Below the pieces are notes generated by a model that had not been told where the DNA came from, ran no database searches, and saw only the letters and a program-made list of their open reading frames with translations. A stretch of 62,249 bases of DNA, counting the filler, from Bipalium vagum (taxonomy: Eukaryota), in NCBI GenBank assembly GCA_037834085.1. It is 3 parts of 3 records of this genome, joined end to end, with 100 filler letters (N's around TTAATTAATTAA, not from the genome) between each part and the next. Parts side by side here need not be neighbours in the genome. Positions count along the whole stretch, not along the records: positions 24,324 to 44,540 come from JBBMKC010254796.1; positions 44,641 to 62,249 come from JBBMKC010059179.1; 1 more part is not named here. One strand, given 5' to 3'. Each line of letters opens with the position of its first letter. Position 1 is the stretch's first letter. Positions 40,691 through 55,049 of the stretch are shown here, one piece after another. The translations under genes and the position numbers were made by a program.

Positions 40691-40970
40691 TTAGGTTGCG
40701 TCACAAGTTTCCGTGAATTCAAAGCTCACACAAACTATAATGCAATTATATGAAAACAAAAAAACAATTTATTATATTTTAAACCCAACCGTTATTGTGT
40801 ACAACATTTGTGTCATTTTTTGGCAAGTATTTGAATTTGTTCACTGTGCCATTCTTTAGACTTTGGTATATTAAAACACGATTAAAATTGAAAAACAAAA
40901 AGGAGTTCACTTATAAATATTTCATTAAAAAAGTGTCGCACAACTATTTTGTCATCCTGAACAGAGGGTT
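40691..40970 (-). mobile_element. Mariner 3' end with TIR
   Basis: TA-TTAGGTTGCGTCACAAGTTTCCG TIR; KSKEWHSEQIQILAKK*HKC resembles the mariner C-terminus. Confidence 0.6.
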
Positions 40971-43900
40971 ACATTCGTAAATAGACACCTACGAAGTATC
41001 AGATGAATAATAAAAGACTTTGTGTCTGATCATAATGTTTTTAAAAAATCACTCAGTCAAATAAATTATTACATCAGTATGAAAAATCATTTCAAACGAA
41101 ATTAATTGGACAAATATATAATTAAAAATTATTTCTAATAATATACAATAGTAAATAATATCTGGCAACCTCAAGTCATTATATTTTTTTCTTAATACTG
41201 TAACAATGGTTATTACTGTGATTATCAATACATTTATTATAGAAAATTACTTCAATATTAATTACTGAATTATCCAATAAATAATTTAACTAATTAAAAA
41301 GTGTAATTTCCATAGATCAAGATGAAGATAGTTTTATATTATTATTTAAGGTAACTCATGTATTATAAAACTTATCAAACGTTCTCCAACGCCTAAATTG
41401 ATAAAAACGTGAACCAAGACCTTTGGAAAAATATAATAAATGAAGGCACATTCCGAAAAAATAGTATTATTTTTTGAAATTAATTTTTTTTGGAGTAATT
41501 TCTTAAGATTGTAACATTGATCATAGTTGTCATTAATTCGTAACTGATATATAAAAAGACTTCATTATGTTTTGTTTGAATAAATATGTAAAAAAGTTTA
41601 TTTTCATATTATTACTATTTCTAGAGTACTCTAAAGACTTTTGAACAAATATATCATGATATAGTAAGTCCATTGTGCAGACAGTTCGGATTTCTACTTA
41701 AAATGAGTCATAATTATTTTGATTTAAACAAAAAATGAACTTTTTGTTAAATTAAAACTTCTATTTCCAATTCAATGTATGCTATTTAAATAGGCATTTT
41801 GTTTTAATTATTTAACAATTTATTTTTTGTTTAATTTAATGGATCAAATAGGGAAATGAAGTTAAAGGTTTATTTTCCTACTTGAAAGCTTTATCAGCTT
41901 TTAAAATTCAATAATCATCACGTTTTCATTGTCAAGCCTCGTTGAGACAGAATTTCTCAAAAAAAAATATGGAATTTTAATTTTCAGAGCGGAAATCTGG
42001 TGGCGCTCCGTTAGAAATCCCTGAAAAATTAACTATCGAATTAATGCATTTCCTGGGAGGAAAAAATCCATCAAATTTTAATTGAACAATAAATTTGATA
42101 ATTGACTTTGTACTTTTATTATACTTATTTTGACGTTTTTAAATGATTTGTCGACTTTATTTTTCTTAAAAAAATTTTATATTAATAAATTTAGTTTTGG
42201 TAAAAATTTCAATTTTTAATTGGTTGAAAATAATTAATAAAAGTAATTAAAAAATAATTTTAAAAAAATTTCGAAAAATGTTACTCATTGACTCCCAGAA
42301 CACATTTCTCGAGCAATTCTTCGAAATGTAAATTAATTTTTTTTAAAATCATTATTAATTAATTAAATCAATTAATTACCCGATTATTAATATTAATAAT
42401 TTTCGATAATATACTTTTACGATTTCATTTCAATGTCAATTTTAATTATTATTAGACTATTTTTTGAGGGGCAACATTAAGAAAATTCAATTTTTCCTAA
42501 AATATTTTTATATATATATCAAAGAAATTAGTTATGAAAATGATTGATGATTTTCAAGATAATTTTATTTCATTATATTCTTTTTATAAAGGAAAGATAA
42601 ACTAATGTACATTAGTATTAATGATACTGTCCGAAAACGGTTTTCTGAGAGTTTTATTTTATGATTTATTTTTTCTTCATCTTTTCTCTTTAATTAAAAA
42701 TCTTCATATTACTTTGTAAAATATTTCAGAAGAATAATTTATTATTATTTTTCAAAATCGTTGTGTTTTTTTTATTGTTATATTTATTTGGGTTTAAAAA
42801 GCATAGAAAAACAAGAAAAATATTGATAATTATATTAACCAAGTCCGCAAATGATCTGTCTCCAACATCTTATAGTTGTGTTCACCAATAATCAACACCC
42901 TATCACACCAACCAATTAGTCGTAAGTCAAAACATTTATTAAATCGTACCAAAATATCTTCACAATCACAATACTTTAGATAATATCTCAGAAGCCATAG
43001 AAAATAATATAATCACACATTTTCAGCCTTCCCTATAGATAAAAAAATTACGAAGAATTATATGAATTCAGTATTAATTATTTATGCAAACATCCAAAAA
43101 AGTTAACCATGACTGCGTTCTAATTATAAAGTATACGTAGTACTGAGTTCACTTTCCAATACATGATCAAATTCATTTCAGGTCATATAATACGCCTATG
43201 GAGAGTTAAAGTATTCCTTTTTCAAATCGTAAATTTCTATTACATTTACATTAAATAAAGACTTAGCAGCGTTGATAGCACTAACCAAGGATTAAATGTT
43301 TGGTTTTTCATCGTTCTCAGTAAGGTACCTACTCAAGTAGACGGTATTATTTGCCAGACTAAAAACTTCTGCAGTGTGAAAATGTATTTTCTTTAAACAA
43401 TAATAATTTTAAAGTATTTTTGACTCCCTCATTTCATTTATAAAGGGAACATTACCTTTTTTTACTGTTATAACAATTTCATTTTAAACAATGTTCTTCT
43501 ATGAAAATGATTCTCAACAAATCTTGACGTCATAATAGGTGCAGAGAAGTATTTCGAAAGTTTTTCTACAAATCACCACAAAATAGAATTTCCCAGTTTG
43601 TTGACACAAAAGTATTGATCTAAAGGACATTATATTGAAAATACGCTTTTTAAAATAAAGTGTTTTTTCTTTGTAACGCTAGAAAGTGTTCAACTAAAGA
43701 GGTACTTAAGTAATTGTAACATTTTTACAAAACTAAAATTGTATATTAACCATAAGATAACAGTAATAGCACAAAAATTAAACAGGAGCGAAAGGTCTCA
43801 AAACATTTAGAGATCTTTTGTAGTGATATTCTTTGTATGAAGATTCAGTAAAAAGACTAAAGACGTGAAGAAAGAAATAAATAAGAATATAAATTGAAAA

Positions 43901-44540
43901 GTAGCTGTAATTTTCATCATATATATCTGATAAAAAAGATATAACATAAGAAACCCTAATAAAAAGTAACATTTATTTTGAATATTCTATATTTTTAAAA
44001 CTAATTTCCGTCTTCATCATTATCTTTGTTTTTTGACATTACATTGAAACGAATAAAGCAGATACTCTATATATTTATATTTATCCACTAGGTAGGACAT
44101 ATTCTATTATTGTTTATCTTATGAATTCAAATAGCTTTAGAAAAGGAAGCTTTTCAAAATAAATGTTCAAATAATATTTTAGTAAAATATTGATTATGTA
44201 ATTTATTTTTGATTTTTTGTATTGATATAAAGGATAAAACTGATTCTTTCAATGTGCTTGTTATATTATTATATTAATAATAAAAATAAAAATATTTTTC
44301 TAGTTAGCAAGTTCATATCTGTTCCATATATAAAAATATACACATGTATATGCTCCGTTTTACTACATAATTATGCATTTTAGGCGTTACCAAATGAATC
44401 TTTAACTTCTACTTAAAAATATATTTTCATATATAAAAATTTTAATATATATAAAGACAATAAAGATATATTAATAATCACCTAATATTAAAAGATGCTT
44501 TTAAATGATTAAAAGAAGATAATTATAACTTTCAAATTAA

Positions 44541-44640
44541 NNNNNNNNNNNNNNNNNNNNNNNNNNNNNNNNNNNNNNNNNNNNTTAATTAATTAANNNN
44601 NNNNNNNNNNNNNNNNNNNNNNNNNNNNNNNNNNNNNNNN
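44541..44640. other. Artificial 100-bp scaffold spacer
   Basis: 44 N + TTAATTAATTAA + 44 N. Confidence 0.95.
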
Positions 44641-46522
44641 TAATAATTAATAATAATAAAAAATAAAATAAAAATTAATATTAATATATAATAANNNNNN
44701 NNNNNNNNNNNNNNNNNNNNNNNNNNNNNNNNNNNNNNNNNNNNNNNNNNNNNNNNNNNNNNNNNNNNNNNNNNNNNNNNNNNNNNNNNNNNNNNNNNNN
44801 NNNNNNNNNNNNNNNNNNNNNNNATCTTATTGTTTATTTATTATTTTATTTTAATTAATTTTTAATATATTATTTTCTTCCTGTTTTTTTTTTACATGTG
44901 AATAATAAAAATGGAAAAATATTTTTTGACTTTTATGTTTCATGTTTCTGCTCAAAGTATTTGCATTACCAATTCCAAATTCTTAAGTCAAATAAATCCT
45001 CTTTATTATCAGTTTGAGAAAGAAAGGGCTTTGCGTCTTTCGTATCTGTAACGAACGCAAGGAATTAAATGCAGATATAAAATAAAAATTGAAGGTTTCA
45101 TTCATAAATAATTAATTTTTCTCAGTTCGTGAAAACTTGCAAAGCATAATACTCTTATTTGGCGGAGATTAAGTATAGTTTAACTTTCCTGTAACCTTCG
45201 TTTTTGACTGATTTTTGGTCCAACTGTCATCTTTCTTTTATGGGAAAACTTCAAAGACATTATCCAAATTTCCCAGTCTGCTCTGATTCACTTTATTTTT
45301 CACCAAAATTTTAATTAAATTAAATTTTCAATTTATAAAAGAAAAATTTCTTGTTTTCGTTAAGATTTTCGATTCTTGGAAAGTATAGCAATTATAAGTT
45401 TTTATTATTAATTTGGTTTTTGTTTAAATTTTACAAATTTAAAATAATGTTATTTTAGAAAATTTTAATTTCGAAAAGAAATAATTATATTTATAAAAGA
45501 ATTATAGTAATTATTATTAATATTTTAAAATATTTTTATTTAAAAAAAATGAAATTTCTAAATAATAGTATAATTAATATTATTTTAGAAAATTATGGGA
45601 AATACATTCCGATCTACAATAAAACAAAACAAAAAAAATTATTAATTCTTTGAATTATTAAATAAAAAAAACAAATAATTTTAAAATTTCAAAAAAACCT
45701 TGGAAAAAATTTCAAAGATAAAAAATAAATAGTTAAAAAATTTATATAAAATTTATATTATTTTTATATTTATTAAAATTCATATATAAATTCTTAAAAC
45801 CTCGATCTAGTAATAAGAAGTGAATTTAAAACTTATCGAAAAATTTCCAAATAAAGGATGAATAATTTGTTTTAATTTACAAATTAATTAAAATACAAAG
45901 AAATGTCTTAGAAAATTTTCCTAAATTTTAGATCAATTAATGGGAAAAATCAATACAAATCATCTCTAAAGAAGCATTCTACTTTTCGTTTACAATATTC
46001 TTGGAAAGTCTATATATTAATTAAAAAGGAATTTATTCTTTCGAGTTTTAATTCACAAATAATTAGATATTATCAATATCATAATTACATAATTCGATAT
46101 TTTATATATATTATTAAATTATTTTATTAATTTTAACTAATTATTAATAAATAAATTATAAATTAACTATACTTTAAATGACTAAAGAAAATTTTTAAAA
46201 AATAATTAATGAATAAAATGAATTTAATTAATTAATAAAAATGAAATAGGATATAGTTATATTTTAATGCAAAGAAAAGTTTTGCATTTATAAATTATTA
46301 TTAAATTATTATAAAAAAATAAGAAATAAAGCCAGAATAAATAATATAAGTCACGCATAATAAATTGATAAATTAATTTTTCTAAAAAAGTATAAATTTC
46401 CTTTTCATAATAATCATATATAAAATGTTTACTAATTTATTGAGATACTTTCAAAACGAATTTTAAAAAAAAATTCCATTAATATATTTTATTAAATTAT
46501 AAAGATAATAAATATAATATTA

Positions 46523-47366
46523 CAGGGTGGCTACGAAGAATGTTTACATTATTACAAAACTTATAACACATTTAATTTTTTAAAATCAATAAATATGTAT
46601 TGTAAATATATTGTCAATATATTAATCATTTACTTATAAATACATTAAACAAGTTTATATATTAGAAAATCAAGAGGTTGTGATTGTGAATTCGTATGAA
46701 AATATCTTTGGTGTCAGCCAAAATACAATCCTCAAAATGACAGAATATTTAGCAAACATTCTTCTCTCATCGACTCATAAATGAAATATGTATATAAGAC
46801 AGAGAAACCATCCTCAATCGTGATTATGGCAGCAGTTGGATCAAATATAAAAAATATCCAGTTTTTGTATTTTGATAGGGTTAAAATCAATTAACTTATC
46901 TGAATTTTTAAAAAGAAAAAGTGTCATCTTGCATTCAATCTCAGTTTCCTCAAATGGAAATCTGCTTCATACATAATGGTACACCAACACATGAAGAAAA
47001 ACATGTGCAATGGCGGTGAAATAGAGCTTTGATAATTTATAGAACAAACAAATGAGGTCTCACTCATAACCAGATATCTATCCCTTGGATATCTATCATC
47101 TGGAATTACTGAGAAAAACAGTAATGCTCACCTAAAGTACAACTTATTAAAACTTATTCAGATTGCATGGTCGACTATATCAGAGGTTGTTGTTCAAGCC
47201 ATTCAAGTGAAGAAGATTATTTAGGCAAAAGACTGCCATATATTATGAATTCTGTACATGTATTTCAGTGCAAATTAACAATATATATTTCATTTTCTTT
47301 TAATTTTGTATAGTAGTATACAAAATATTGTTAAGATTTTATATAATCTTTTTTGTAGCCACCCTG
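46523..47366 (+). mobile_element. Internally deleted Tc1-like element, DD37D/maT-like
   Basis: TA-flanked TIRs CAGGGTGGCTAC(G/A)AA at both ends. Relics of HPQS.MAAVGS, KIN..YL, FIHNGTPTHEEKHVQW. Confidence 0.8.
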
Positions 47367-47471
47367 TACAATACATATTGAAAAAAGTTTTAATTTAAAT
47401 ATAACCAGTATAAAGATTTAAATTCCATATTAAATGACAACATAGAAATATAATTACTTATAAAAATTAAC

Positions 47472-47694
47472 CTTCATCAGCATCAACGGCCATGACCTGT
47501 CCCACGAAGGTATTTGTCAAAATGTTTTCCGATATTTTAAACGAAAAATTCTCTGTGAATACAGGTTTGTTATCATTTTCATCTGTCACTTGAAAAAACA
47601 CCGAAACCGAAGCGGTCTTCGCATCACTGCCCAATGTGTCGGTGACATATACCACTCGGGATATTTGCGTTATTTTTTCTCTGTCAATGTTTAC
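47472..47694 (-). CDS. Internal exon of a cadherin-superfamily gene (end of one EC repeat, start of the next)
   Basis: TTTTATTGACAG|VNIDREKITQISRVVYVTD...QVTDENDNKPVFTENFSFKISEN...VGQVMAVDADE(G)|GTTAAT, carrying the DRE, DxNDN.P.F, xEN and AxDxD calcium-binding motifs. Confidence 0.92.
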
Positions 47695-50136
47695 CTGTCA
47701 ATAAAAATTGAACATATTATGATTGTATTAAAAATAGTAACACAAAAATTAAACCAGCAGTTTGATACAAACTTTATAATTATTTAATATCCATAATAAA
47801 CCAAATTATATTTTTATAGCTTCTAGAGAATCTGAATTTGAATTTAGAAATAATAATAATAATGGTAATATTAAAAAAAAAATAATAAAAAATATAATTT
47901 TAATAAAAATTATAATTATAATAAAAATTTTAAGTGTAATAAAAACAGTAGTAAAAAATTATAATAAAATAATGCCAATAGTATTAATATTAAAAATAAC
48001 AATATAAAAATAATAATAAAAAGTTGAAAAAAATAATGATTGTTTTTTATTATTTTTTATATTAATCCCGAGTGATAATTGACCAAAATTGATGTAATAT
48101 GGCACGGTTCCAGAAATTTTAGGGAAAATTATTTAAATCTTTTGTCATTAATGAAGAGCGATTGTTTCCAGCTTTAAATACGAGATAATTTTAATTCAGT
48201 TGGCTGAATCTTCCGTTGATTTTTATGTCAAAACTAATTGTCTCAATCTCTGAATTTTAACGGTAATTTAGCAATTTTATATTTTACCACGTATATTCCT
48301 TATCGTTCCATTTTCTAAAATAAATAATAAAAAATCTTCCTATTTCAATTAAAATTAATTAATTTTGTGACAAGTTTACTGATTAAAAATATTTTTATTC
48401 AAATAATATTTAATGTTTATCTGATCACGTAAATAATCTAATTAAAATTTTAAATGATGTTTATGAAATAAATTATGACATTTATGACACAAATTTATTA
48501 ATTTTTATATTTTTATGAAATTATTTTTATTCAAATGTCTCTGTATAATTGATATCTAATTGAACTTAATAAGTTAAGTCTTAACTTTTAATGAGATTTT
48601 TTTATTTAATTATAAATTTAAAGTATTAATAAATTAAGTAATATTTTTTGATAAAAAATCGATTTTAATGTTTTTAATGAGAAATATTAAATTATTTATA
48701 TTAATCAGGTATCGTATACGATATTTAATTATTGCCTTTGATGGAGAATTTGTCTGAATGTAAAGAGTTTTAAGCAACTGACAGAACACTATAATTAAAA
48801 CAAAATATTGATTATTATTATTATTATTGCTATTTATTATTTTTATTATGATTATTATTGCTATTCATTATTATTATTATTATTATTTTAATTATTATAT
48901 ATTTGCTTATAAATCTAATGTTTAAAGATAATTCTGTAAACGTATTTAAAATGAAAATAAAGTATTAATTTACAACCTTCTCATGAACGTTATAATTGGT
49001 TGTACGAACTTATTAGAAAAGATACAAGAAGGTAAAATGAATTTAAACAAACATTATTAAAGATAAAATAAATATATTAATATTCTAAATGGAAGCTTTT
49101 AAATATATTTCCATTTATATATATATTCTTCCTTAATATTTATACCATGATCATCAAACCATTTGCGTCTATGGCTCGATTTTTGGATGGAAGTATTATT
49201 TTACTGGAATATCGAAACTACATTATCATCTGCTACTCGTAATAATATTGCTAATCTAAGAAATACTATTGTATTTCTGTTATTTTTGACTCACCCTCAT
49301 GCATCACATGCATATATCAAAGATGAAATGGCAAACAAAACATTTAGCGATGGCTCTCTGCAATTTTTTAAAGACACTTTCTCCTCAATTTCTAGCGTAT
49401 TCAGAAAATCCCTTTATAAAATCTTCAACTCTATTTAAGTCGCTTTTCTGAAATTTCATTGTGACAAAGTAATGTTTTCTTTCTTTAATGTTTTAGCGAA
49501 CAATTATTTAAATAATGTTATCAACAAAACATTTGAACAAAAATGACACAGCTTATGGGGACACTAATGAGCGATATTTTATTTGTAAATTTCAATGTCA
49601 TGGCATGTTTGTTTGATAAATAAATATCATTTAACATCGTACAGAACGTGGGCTCCATTTCCATATTATAATAAGCCATTACAGATAATACTACAGATAA
49701 TACTGTTATATGAGTGTCATAAAATTTCTTTTTCATTTTAATGGAAATCGTCAAAGCTTCATACGCAATAGTAAGGTAATGGAATGGTAAAATTTCATCG
49801 AACTCATTCTTTTTTTACAAAGATCACTTTTCCTCTGTCATAAAACTTTGATTCAACAAGGATCTTCAAAGCATTCAAAATGTCCACTGCTTGTCCTAGG
49901 CACTATGAAATTGATATCTTTTCTAAAATTCTTTAAAAAATCATGATAATTTCACAGTTATAATTTTTGGATCATCTTTCTTAGTTTCCCCCTGAGGTGA
50001 AATTAAAGTAAATGATTAAATATTGTGCAATCACTAGTAAATGATAGTATTATGTATTCCGTCTGAATTTAAATATGTCCTGCGTTGTAGTAAACGATAT
50101 TCAGATATGGAATTGAAAAAATAAATAGCATAATAA

Positions 50137-50475
50137 GTGACAGCCATATCCAAGCAATTTCATGGTTTAGATGATTGTGATTGTTGTCAGAAACCAATGA
50201 TTTCTTGTATCTATACAAGAAATAAGGACCAATTAGCATGGCATTGCAAGCATTATAAAAAGTATATATCCATTAGGAGAAAATCTTTTTTTGAAGATTC
50301 CAGAATAAATATAAGCAAATGCTTGCATTTGATGTATTTGTGGGACAAGGAAAGATCTGTTAAAGTTGCAATACAAGATGGTCTTTCGATGAACACTGTG
50401 TATTTTCACAAGAACAAAACAATCTTAGGTGGATCTGGTAGAAAAGGTTCAAATAGACGAATCTCTATTTCCGTA
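50137..50475 (+). mobile_element. Merlin (ISXO2/IS1595-like) transposase relic
   Basis: C..C..PM...W.C...SIR..SFFE.S.I...L.LMYLW, then LGGSGRK and (frameshift) VQIDESLF. Confidence 0.85.
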
Positions 50476-52930
50476 TTTTATTAGTTTTTTTTATTTCATT
50501 AAAAATTTTTTTCTGTGATATAATGTGCTGACCATGTTTCTCATCCAATGTCACTTACGAAATCATACATAAATTATTTTACTTGATCAATTATTAACGG
50601 AAAATATCCTTTTCAAAATTGCACTATCAAATAAATGAAATTGATTTGTTTAAACACAAACAATTGCAGAAGTTTCTTGAAAACTTAATTTTTCTATTTC
50701 TATTTTTCTACAAAATTCGATATTTATTGTTCCGGAATTCGAGTTAGAAAAAATAGAAATATAATAATTTAAAATAATTCCTCATTGTGGATGTTGAGGA
50801 AAATCTTTTCTGAAAAACTCTGAGATAATTTTCAATATTGATGTCTGATGTTGATCAATTTAAACAAATTCAAGAAATTAAAATTTTTTTTCAAAGATAA
50901 ATTTTATTATTATCGATATTTTAATAATATTTGTAATATAAATATCTTTAATAAATAATATAATTTTTAATCGATGCCAGAAAAATATCCCTAAAAGTTT
51001 TTTGAGATTAAAATATTTTAAAAAAATACCCAGACTGGTGAGCATCATTTAAAGAATATTCTATCATGAAACAGTAAAACCTTTGTCATGAAAAGAATTA
51101 AAAATTAAATAAAATGGGATAAATGTTTTAGAAATTGTCTTTTATTTATTGATTAAAAAGTAGAATTTATTTGCATTAACGTAGAAATACTTTATATTAT
51201 TTCATCGTGAAATTATTATTTTGTATTATTTCTTAAAATTAACGTCACCCTGTGTGGAAGGAAGTGGAATTTATTTTATTTGTGATAATAAATTTTCTAA
51301 AGAATTTTTAAAAATATTATGATGCTAATAAATATTATCATTATTATTATTAATATAAATTTATAATAAGATAAATAAATTATCTTATCATATTTGATAT
51401 TTTAAAATAAAAATAAATTGGAAAATAAAAAGAATTCTTTTAAAGTCTATTTCCTCTAAAACTCGATTTAATCTCCCACCACAAAATGATTCCAATCACA
51501 AAAATCATAAAAAATATTTCGCCACCTTGAAATAATACTTCAAATAATTCATCACCCCTTGTATTTTTTGAAAAATATCTTAGCTGAAAATAATTCCTCA
51601 AGGTAAATTAATTCAAGTTTAGAGTATATATAATATATTTTAAAAAGAATGACATTTTAAGAAAGATGAGTCTTAAGAAATCTTAAAACTGGTGGAAAAA
51701 AAGAAAATGTTGAAAGATTATTATGAAGTATCGTAGAAATATGGTGTTGTAGAAACTAATCACGCATTTTGTGTGAATCATACATGAGAGGCAAATATTA
51801 ATTAGTTGTTTAAGAAAATAATTTAAATTTGGAATTTTAGAATTATTTTTAAAAAGTGATTTGTATATACCATATATATATATAATTGATTTTTAATAAA
51901 ATATACATTTTGATTTATTAATGGAAATTAATTTAAAATTAGTTTCGGTGGCTAACAATATATTTTTTTCATTTTGAAGATAATGGTGACATTAAAAATG
52001 TTATGTGTTATAAAAGGTTTTTAAGAAGATTTATATACTAGAAGATTTATATTCTAACATTACATTAATTAAGAAAAAATTCAAAACGTGAAGTAATGAA
52101 GTTTGATCAATATTTCAACCTCGAAAGGAGGACAATCATTAATCGCTGAGGTGAGTTTAAGTTTATTCTTGAACTATTTCTTTTTAAGGAATTTCTATCC
52201 ATTCCAAATTAAAGTTTATTATAAATATCTTTCAACAAACCCTTTTAATCTTTATTTTCAGGCTAATAATAATAACAATAATCATTTATAATTTTTTGAA
52301 CTTTCTAAGTAACGAGAGAGAATATAAAAAGCTTACATCCACCAGATGCTTTGGTAACCAATTATATTCGTTTTATTGTAATGACTGGTAGATTTCCATG
52401 GTGCGCCAGGTCTAATACTAATCCATATATTTTACAGAATAATATGCAAATTAAATTTTTTTAATGTTTTCTCACAAGACGTTCCCTCGATAAATACAAA
52501 AAAATTAGATATCAATAAAATTAATACATTATACTAAATTGGTTTATTGTTTTATTAATGAAATTGTAATGCTTATTATCTTTCTACTGATACAAGGTAC
52601 AACTTTTATCATGTGTTAAAAATAATCATCTATTTAAACAGTACATTTCTTTCCCAGACAAGAAATAATTAATTTCTCCAAAAATGAATATCCAGAGTTC
52701 TTTTCTTAACATTCAATAATACATTTATTCCCGAAGGAAAATCAATAAAAACCAATAATATTATTGAATATAGAAAATCCTAAAATAATATTTAAATTAA
52801 AATTAATGATAACTAATACTATAAAAGAATTAAATGGGAATTAAATATTTATTTGCTTTAAATAAACCTAAATATTTGATATAAGTACATTTTAATAATT
52901 ATTAATAATAATATTATTATTCTTTTTTTA

Positions 52931-52963
<33 letters not shown>

Positions 52964-54335
52964 TTATTTAATTTTTATTACTATTATATTATTTTTTATT
53001 TTTTTTATTATTATTAATAAATTTATATTAGTTATTAATAGGTATATATAGTGGAATAATAATGATGATGATGCTTATGATCATTTAGGACTTTGAACAT
53101 ATAAAAAATAATTTTACTTTTGTTTTTTTAAGATTCACTTTCGTTTTCTCTTGGATTATCAATTTAATTTTATTTCAACAAAAAATCTTAATTTATTTCA
53201 CAAATTATGAACTTTTTTATCTCTGAAAGGAAAATTTTAATCCACCAATTAATGAGCTTTATTAAATTATAATATTATAATATAATACCTGTCTTTCTGG
53301 AAGATACCATTGTTAATTAATTAAATAAATATAATGCACTGTAGACAGTAAAATAAAGTATTATATATTTTGTTATGGTTATATAAATTATAATAAAAGA
53401 TTTAAGATAAATATTAACCCTTCAAATATTATTTACTATCACATTACATTAGCATATCATAAAATTTATTATTGAAAAATTATTAATATAAGATATAAAA
53501 ATAAGATATTTGAGAAAACCATCGATATTTAATTGCAAAATTTAATTAAAATTTATTTATTAAAGAAAAATTATACGGATCTTTTATCTGAGGGAAGGTG
53601 AAATATATTAATATAAAATCGATAAAATTCTAAATTTAAAGTAAATTAATCTAAAATTTTTAAAAAATATTTTAAAACATATTTTAATTTATTTTCTAAC
53701 ACCAATTTTGTAGAATTATTTGTTTAAATCATCAGTTTTTGATGTTACATATTTCAAAATATTTTAATAACTAGATAGACATGAATTAATAATTTATATA
53801 AATTCATCATTTGAAACATTTTTTTTATATATAATGATGATTTTATTCATGCTATTTAATAAAAATAATGATAATAATAATACTAATAATACTAATAATA
53901 ATGCTAATAATAATAATAAAAAAATAATAATAATAATAATAATAGTAATAATGAAAAAATTAATATTAATATATAATTATAAGAAATAATAATTAATAAA
54001 TAAATAAGAAAAATATTATGATATTTATTATGCGTAAAATCAATCAATTTAGTTTATATTTTAGTATATATTTCCAAAGAAAATATAAATAATTTAAATA
54101 AATATTATCTTTATTAAGAATAAATTTAAAATTCCGACTACGTAAAAACTGTGTTATTGGAAAACGTTCAGAAAATTGATGAAACCATTATTATTTAGAT
54201 ATCGTATAAAAATAATTAATTATTCTTCAAAACGTTTTTCGCTTGATAAAGTAATTAAATTAGCATTAGAAATGTGCATAAAAATATTGAAATTGTATTG
54301 ATTATATTAATTATGAAAAAGTATAAATTGATATA

Positions 54336-54480
54336 TTGGGTTGGCAACCGAGTGATTGAGTATTTTGCAGAGACGAGTTGAGTATGGGCGTTTACCAACG
54401 AATTCGAATTTGTCAACGTTTTATTTTAAGTTGTCGGTATTCATTCAAACAAATGTGTCGATTAATTATAAATAAAGAAA
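54336..54480 (+). mobile_element. Mariner 5' TIR fragment, mellifera-like
   Basis: TA-TTGGGTTGGCAACCGAGTGATTGAG resembles mellifera-subfamily TIRs. Confidence 0.55.
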
Positions 54481-55049
54481 TTAAATTGAAAATCAAAGGA
54501 CAATTATAAAAATCATTTTTGATTTTGTTGTTTTTTGCGAGCTTTTGAGAGATTATTTATAAAACAAAATAATAAAAACATAGTGAAAAGTTAATGGAAA
54601 CATTTTTACTAAACATTTCTTGGATCATGTTTTTCCCTTAATTAATCGATGACAAGGTTTTCTTTTAATCCATTGCATTTCATCAAGTATTTTATCTAAC
54701 CCAAGTAGGTTGAAAACAAAACATGGTCACATTTTTTACCTATTAGTTTTTGAAAATTACGGATTCTTTATATTTTGGGTTGGGAGATTAATAAATAGAC
54801 AATAATCTCTGTGATTGTCAGATAATTTTTAAGCTCCTCCTTTCCATTAATATGTTGAGAGGCAGTCTTATGAAATCTGCTTATAGATTTAAACTTATTA
54901 TGTTAAAATTTGATTAGGATTAGTTTTATAATTCGGAATTTAGTTCTGAATTTTATTTCTGCAAATGCTTATTATATGATTTTTATATATTTATAATAAT
55001 AAATTGTTTTAAACAAACATAACCGATTTCTAAAAAAAATATACCAGTG

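Noticed and set aside
41990-42012. CTCF-like CTGGTGGCGCT
   Set aside because: Only the 3' half of the consensus matches, it is a single site, and CTCF presence in this organism is unknown.
42780-44420. Decayed coding-like DNA including LDVIIGAEKY (BEL/Pao-like)
   Set aside because: A single short motif with no supporting RT or integrase signature.
48288-48314. 27-nt micro-exon ENGTIRNIR that would fit before the cadherin IDRE
   Set aside because: Its GT donors end in phase 1, whereas the cadherin exon starts in phase 0.
49440-49960. Possible hAT transposase relic
   Set aside because: No clear ERxFS dimerisation motif or TIR/TSD; too degraded to call.
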